64,000 nucleotides of DNA from Octopus vulgaris. Taxonomy: Eukaryota. Positions 59,349 to 64,000 of this stretch are shown here, one piece after another. The notes beneath the pieces are model-generated. The model worked only from the letters and a program-made list of their open reading frames with translations, was not told the origin of the DNA and did not search any database. Where the stretch lies: assembly GCA_951406725.2 (NCBI GenBank), contig CATOCA020000001.1, positions 5,828,001 to 5,892,000 on the forward strand. Reading direction: 5' to 3'. Both the position numbers and the translations under genes were made by a program. How positions within the stretch are numbered: the stretch's first letter is position 1; each line of letters opens with the position of its first letter.

Positions 59349-60948
59349 TATTACTATTAAAGACCACAAAGAAAACTTCCTTTCCAATCCTAAATGTAGG
59401 CTTATCAACCCAGCCAAGTCAGAACTAGGGATTATTAGCAAAGAAATTTTAGATAAAATAAATACGAAAATTAAGACCGATACTAGGCTAGTGCAATGGT
59501 CCAATAGTATAGAAGTCGTAGACTGGTTTAAAGCTATTAAGAATAAGAAAAAAGCGAGGTTTACACAATTCGATATTGTTGATTTTTATGCCTCTATCTC
59601 TAAAGAACTGCTAGATAAAGCCCTAATCTTCGCTAGTGATTTCATAGAAATTAGTACCAATGATAAGGATATAATCTTCCATGCTAGAAAGACATTACTT
59701 TTCAGTGAGAATGCAAAGTGGGTAAAAAACACCGACACGGAGGGCGCTTTCGATGTGAGCATGGGTTCATATGATGGGGCAGGCATCTGTGATCTAATTG
59801 GACTCTTTCTCCTAGATACCTTCAGTAAGACATTCCCTAACGTACATTTTGCCATCTACAAAGATGATGCCCTCGCCTTAACAGCTAATACAAATGGACC
59901 AGCACAAGATCGTTTTAGGAAGGATATTATCCAGTTAATGAAACACTTCGGACTTAGTATAACTATAGACACTAACCTGACGGTTGTCAATTTCTTAGAC
60001 GTTTCCTTAGATCTTAATAATAATATTTATAAGCCTTATAGGAAGCCCAATGATAGACTAAGTTATATTAATGTAGGTTCATGCCATCCCCCTATAGTAT
60101 TCAAAAATTTAGTTAAAAATATTAGTAAGAGGATTTCTAGCCTCTCATCTAATGAGGACATCTTCAATAGCGTTGCCCCAGTTTATAATAAAGCTTTAAA
60201 AGATAGTGGTTTTAGCGAAAAAATAAAATATACACCTATCACCAGCCCAACAATAAGGAAAAGGAATAATAGAAATAGGAAGGTCATCTGGTTTACGCCC
60301 CCTTACTCACCCGAGGTGGCCTTCAATATAGGTAAATATTTCCTAGCACTGATAGATAGACATTTTCCAGTTAACCATGCTTATAGGAAACTCTTCAATA
60401 GACACAATTTAAAAATTAGTTTTAGTTCAACTACCAATTTTAAAAACATAATCAATCATAACATACAAAAAACACAAGAAGAAAACAGCTGTTCATGCAG
60501 GAATAAAGAATTGTGCCCGCTAAATGGAGCTTGCATGTCCAAGACCATCATATATGAAGCAACCGTAAACTCTATAACCACTAAAGACACCGTTTCGACG
60601 AAGAAATACGTGGGCCTGACAGAGGGTAATTTCAAGGCCAGGTTCAATAACCACACTTTGAGCTTTAGGCACTGGAACAAAAGAAAAGCGACACAATTAT
60701 CCAATCATATTTGGTCTTTAAGAGATAAAGGTGTCGATTATAACATACAATGGAAGATTTTGGCCAGATGTAAGCCCTATACTAACGGCAGCGGAAGGTG
60801 CGGTTTATGCGACATGGAGAGATGGCTTATCTGGAAAAGCAGCTTAGACCCTACCACATGTCTAAATACAAGGACAGAGCTTTTCGGATCATGCCCACAT
60901 GTGACTAAATTTCTGTTACGTTTTTGGTCCCCTAAAGAAAACGGATAG
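59349..60948 (+). CDS. Penelope-like RT + GIY-YIG ORF, copy 2
   Basis: The 485-aa annotated translation is identical to copy 1, with the same truncated 5' junction. Confidence 0.93.
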
Positions 60949-61142
60949 AACATGCTTTCTGTGTTATGTCCCAAGAAGATTTTATATATTTTTATATATT
61001 TTTATATATTTTTATGTATTTTTATATAATTTTTATGACGAAAAATGCGAGCGATGTATAAGTACGCAGGCAAAGCAGAGTTATAACAGAGTAATTTCCC
61101 TTCATTTTTAACGGTATTTTTTCATAACGTTTTCAAATAGCC

Positions 61143-61205
61143 AGATAACCGAAGAGATGGTGTTGTGGATTTCCACTTCGGCATCTGAAACTCAGAGTTT
61201 TATCT
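61143..61205 (+). ncRNA. Hammerhead-like motif in the Penelope 3' region, copy 2
   Basis: Identical to 46424-46486. Confidence 0.6.
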
Positions 61206-61227
61206 TGACTACCGAGTAATGTAACAT

Positions 61228-61267
<40 letters not shown>

Positions 61268-61823
61268 CGCAGGAGTGGCTGTGTGGTAAGTAGCTTGCTT
61301 ACCAACCACATAGTTCCGGGTTCAGTCCCACTGCGTAGCATCTTGGGCAAGTATCTTTACTATAGCCTCGGGCCGAACAAAGCCTTGTGAGTGGATTTGG
61401 TTGACGGAAACTGAAATATATATATATATGTTTGTGTATCTGTGTTCGTCCCTCTAGCATTGCTTCACAACCGATGCTGGTGTGTTCACGTCCCCGTCAC
61501 TTAGCGGTTTAGCAAAAGAGACTGATAGAATAAGTACTGGGCTTACAAAGAATAAGTTCCGGGGTCGATTTGCTCGACTAAAGACGGTGCTCCAGCATGG
61601 CCGCAGTCAAATGACTGAAACAAGTAAAACAGTAAAAGAGTATATATATATGCATATATAGGCGCAGGAGTGGCTGTGTGGTAAGTAGCTTGCTAACCAA
61701 CCACATGGTTCCGGGTTCAGTCCCACTGCGTGGCATCTTGGGCAAGTGTCTTCTGCTATAGCCCCGGGCCGACAAAGGCCTTGTGAGTGGATTTGGTAGA
61801 CGGAAACTGAAAGAAGCCTGTCG

Positions 61824-61858
<35 letters not shown>

Positions 61859-62416
61859 CTGTGTTTGTTCCCCTAGCATTGCTTGACAACCGATGCTGGT
61901 GTGATTCCGTCCATGTCACTTAGCGGTTCGGCAAAAAGAGACCGATAGAATAAGTACCGCGCTTACAAAAAGAATAAGTCCCGGGGTCGATTTGCTCGAC
62001 TAAAGGCGGTGCTCCAGCATGGCCGCAGTCAACTGACTGAAACAAGTAAAAGAGTAAAAGAGTATATTTGTGTGCAAGTGTTTAGGTGTGTGCAACCATT
62101 TATGAATGTATGTATGCATATATGTAGGGATATATTTATTTACAAATATATATTCATGTATGTGTGTGAGCCTGTGTATTACTGTGGCTTACGATTGTAT
62201 TTCGTTCTGTAGCCATTACTTAATAAATAAAACTTTATTTCTTTAGTCTGAAAGAAAAGGAAGGGACACAAAACTTTTATAATGTTGTATGATTTTCACA
62301 ACTTACCACATTTATATATTTCATTTAAGCCCAATTGCCTTAATTTCGGGACATACTCTCTCTTTCTCTCTATCTCTCCCTCTCTCTCTCTCCTTATATA
62401 TATATATATATATATA

Positions 62417-62508
62417 GTTATCAGTAATAATAAAAGGGTGAAATTAATTAATTAGGGATAATTATAGCATTTTATCTTGGCCATAACAATAACCATATTA
62501 CTGATTAT

Positions 62509-62511
<3 letters not shown>
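62417..62511. mobile_element. ~95-bp insertion in (TA)n, unique to array unit 4
   Basis: GTTATCAGTAATAATAAAAGGGTGAAATTAATTAATT.. is absent from the equivalent TA tracts at ~39090, ~47676 and ~53828. It matches the reverse complement of 26189-26237. Confidence 0.8.
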
Positions 62512-62550
<39 letters not shown>

Positions 62551-62587
62551 ATATATATATATTTATATATATATGTACGTATGTATG

Positions 62588-62669
<82 letters not shown>

Positions 62670-63413
62670 AATATATATATATGTACGTATATATATATAT
62701 ATATGTACATATATATATATATATATATATGCATATATATATATATATATGTACATATATACATATATATGTACATAAATATATGTATACTTACATACGT
62801 ATATACGTAGATACATTCACACACACACACACACACATACATAAATATATATACTTGGATGTTCATCAGTGTTTTGTTTCTTTCTATTTACATATATAAA
62901 TATTTTATATATCACTCCCAAGAAGTCCTATTTTTTTAGTTTTCATCTTTCCTGTCTCTCTCCTTCTCTTCCGCCCTCTCTCACTTTCTTCATTTATACA
63001 AATCATATACATACATAGAAATATACATAATTGCATGTATACACAATAAGAAACATATATACATGCATCTTACATACACACACAGAAACATATATACATA
63101 GATCATACATACATACATACATACACGCATACATACATACACAAGGCCCGAAAATTTTCGGGGAGGGGACCAGTCGATAAGATCACCTACAATCAAACTA
63201 CAAAGAAAGAATGTTCCCTAGAGAATATTCTTTCTTTGTAGTTTGATAGTAGGTGATCTATTTCTAGCATATAGCTGTCCACATAGTGGTTTTTAGCCCT
63301 TAATATACACATGTATTAGAATTTTCTCTGATTATTCAGACTTTTTTATGCTAGGCTACTGGTTTTAAATTGATATTAATTAAATTAATATTCAATTCAT
63401 CTCCCTCATTATT

Positions 63414-63595
<182 letters not shown>

Positions 63596-63613
63596 CATAT
63601 ATGTGTGTGTATG

Positions 63614-63670
<57 letters not shown>

Positions 63671-64000
63671 ATGTATGTATGTATGTATGTATGCATACAC
63701 ACACACACACATATACATGCATATATATATTCATATATATACACATGTGTATATTAAGGGCTAAAAGCCACTATGTGGACAGCCATTTGCTAGAAATAGA
63801 TCACCGACGATCAAACTACAAAGAAAGAATGTTCTCTAGGGAATACATGTGTATATTAATGTGCATACATAAATACATATATATATAAATATGCATACAT
63901 ACATACATACATGCATACATGCATACATTCATTCATAGATACATACATACATTCATACATACATACATACATACATACATGTAGGGTGAATGTATGTTTG

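Overview
AT-rich, microsatellite-dense eukaryotic DNA. The repeat families suggest a coleoid cephalopod, probably Octopus (inference). Nearly all long I/Y/H/T/C/V-rich ORFs in the supplied track are translations of (TA)n, (CA)n or (CT)n tracts and are not genes. (1) The + strand carries the 3' part of a spliced host gene: a C3HC4 RING exon (4060-4202), two paralogous 51-nt microexons (5538-5588, 10785-10835), and a C-terminal Death domain split over two exons (13036-13107, 15987-16192). The microexons and the first Death-domain exon sit in homologous intron blocks, consistent with tandem duplication of one intron-exon module. (2) There are many transposon relics: a full-length decayed IR/DR Tc1, a Sola2-like transposase, HERO-like and RTE-like non-LTR fragments, a Helitron helicase, CR1-type 3' ends and three or four SINE families. 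(3) Short Penelope-like remnants lie in (TA)n tracts, often as long palindromes and often with minimal hammerhead-ribozyme-like motifs. (4) From about 37.9 kb to the end is a tandem array of alternating ~8.6 kb and ~6.15 kb units (14,719-bp higher-order period). The long units carry an uninterrupted but 5'-truncated Penelope-like RT + GIY-YIG ORF with a hammerhead-like motif in its tail. All calls were made by eye; no database searches were run.
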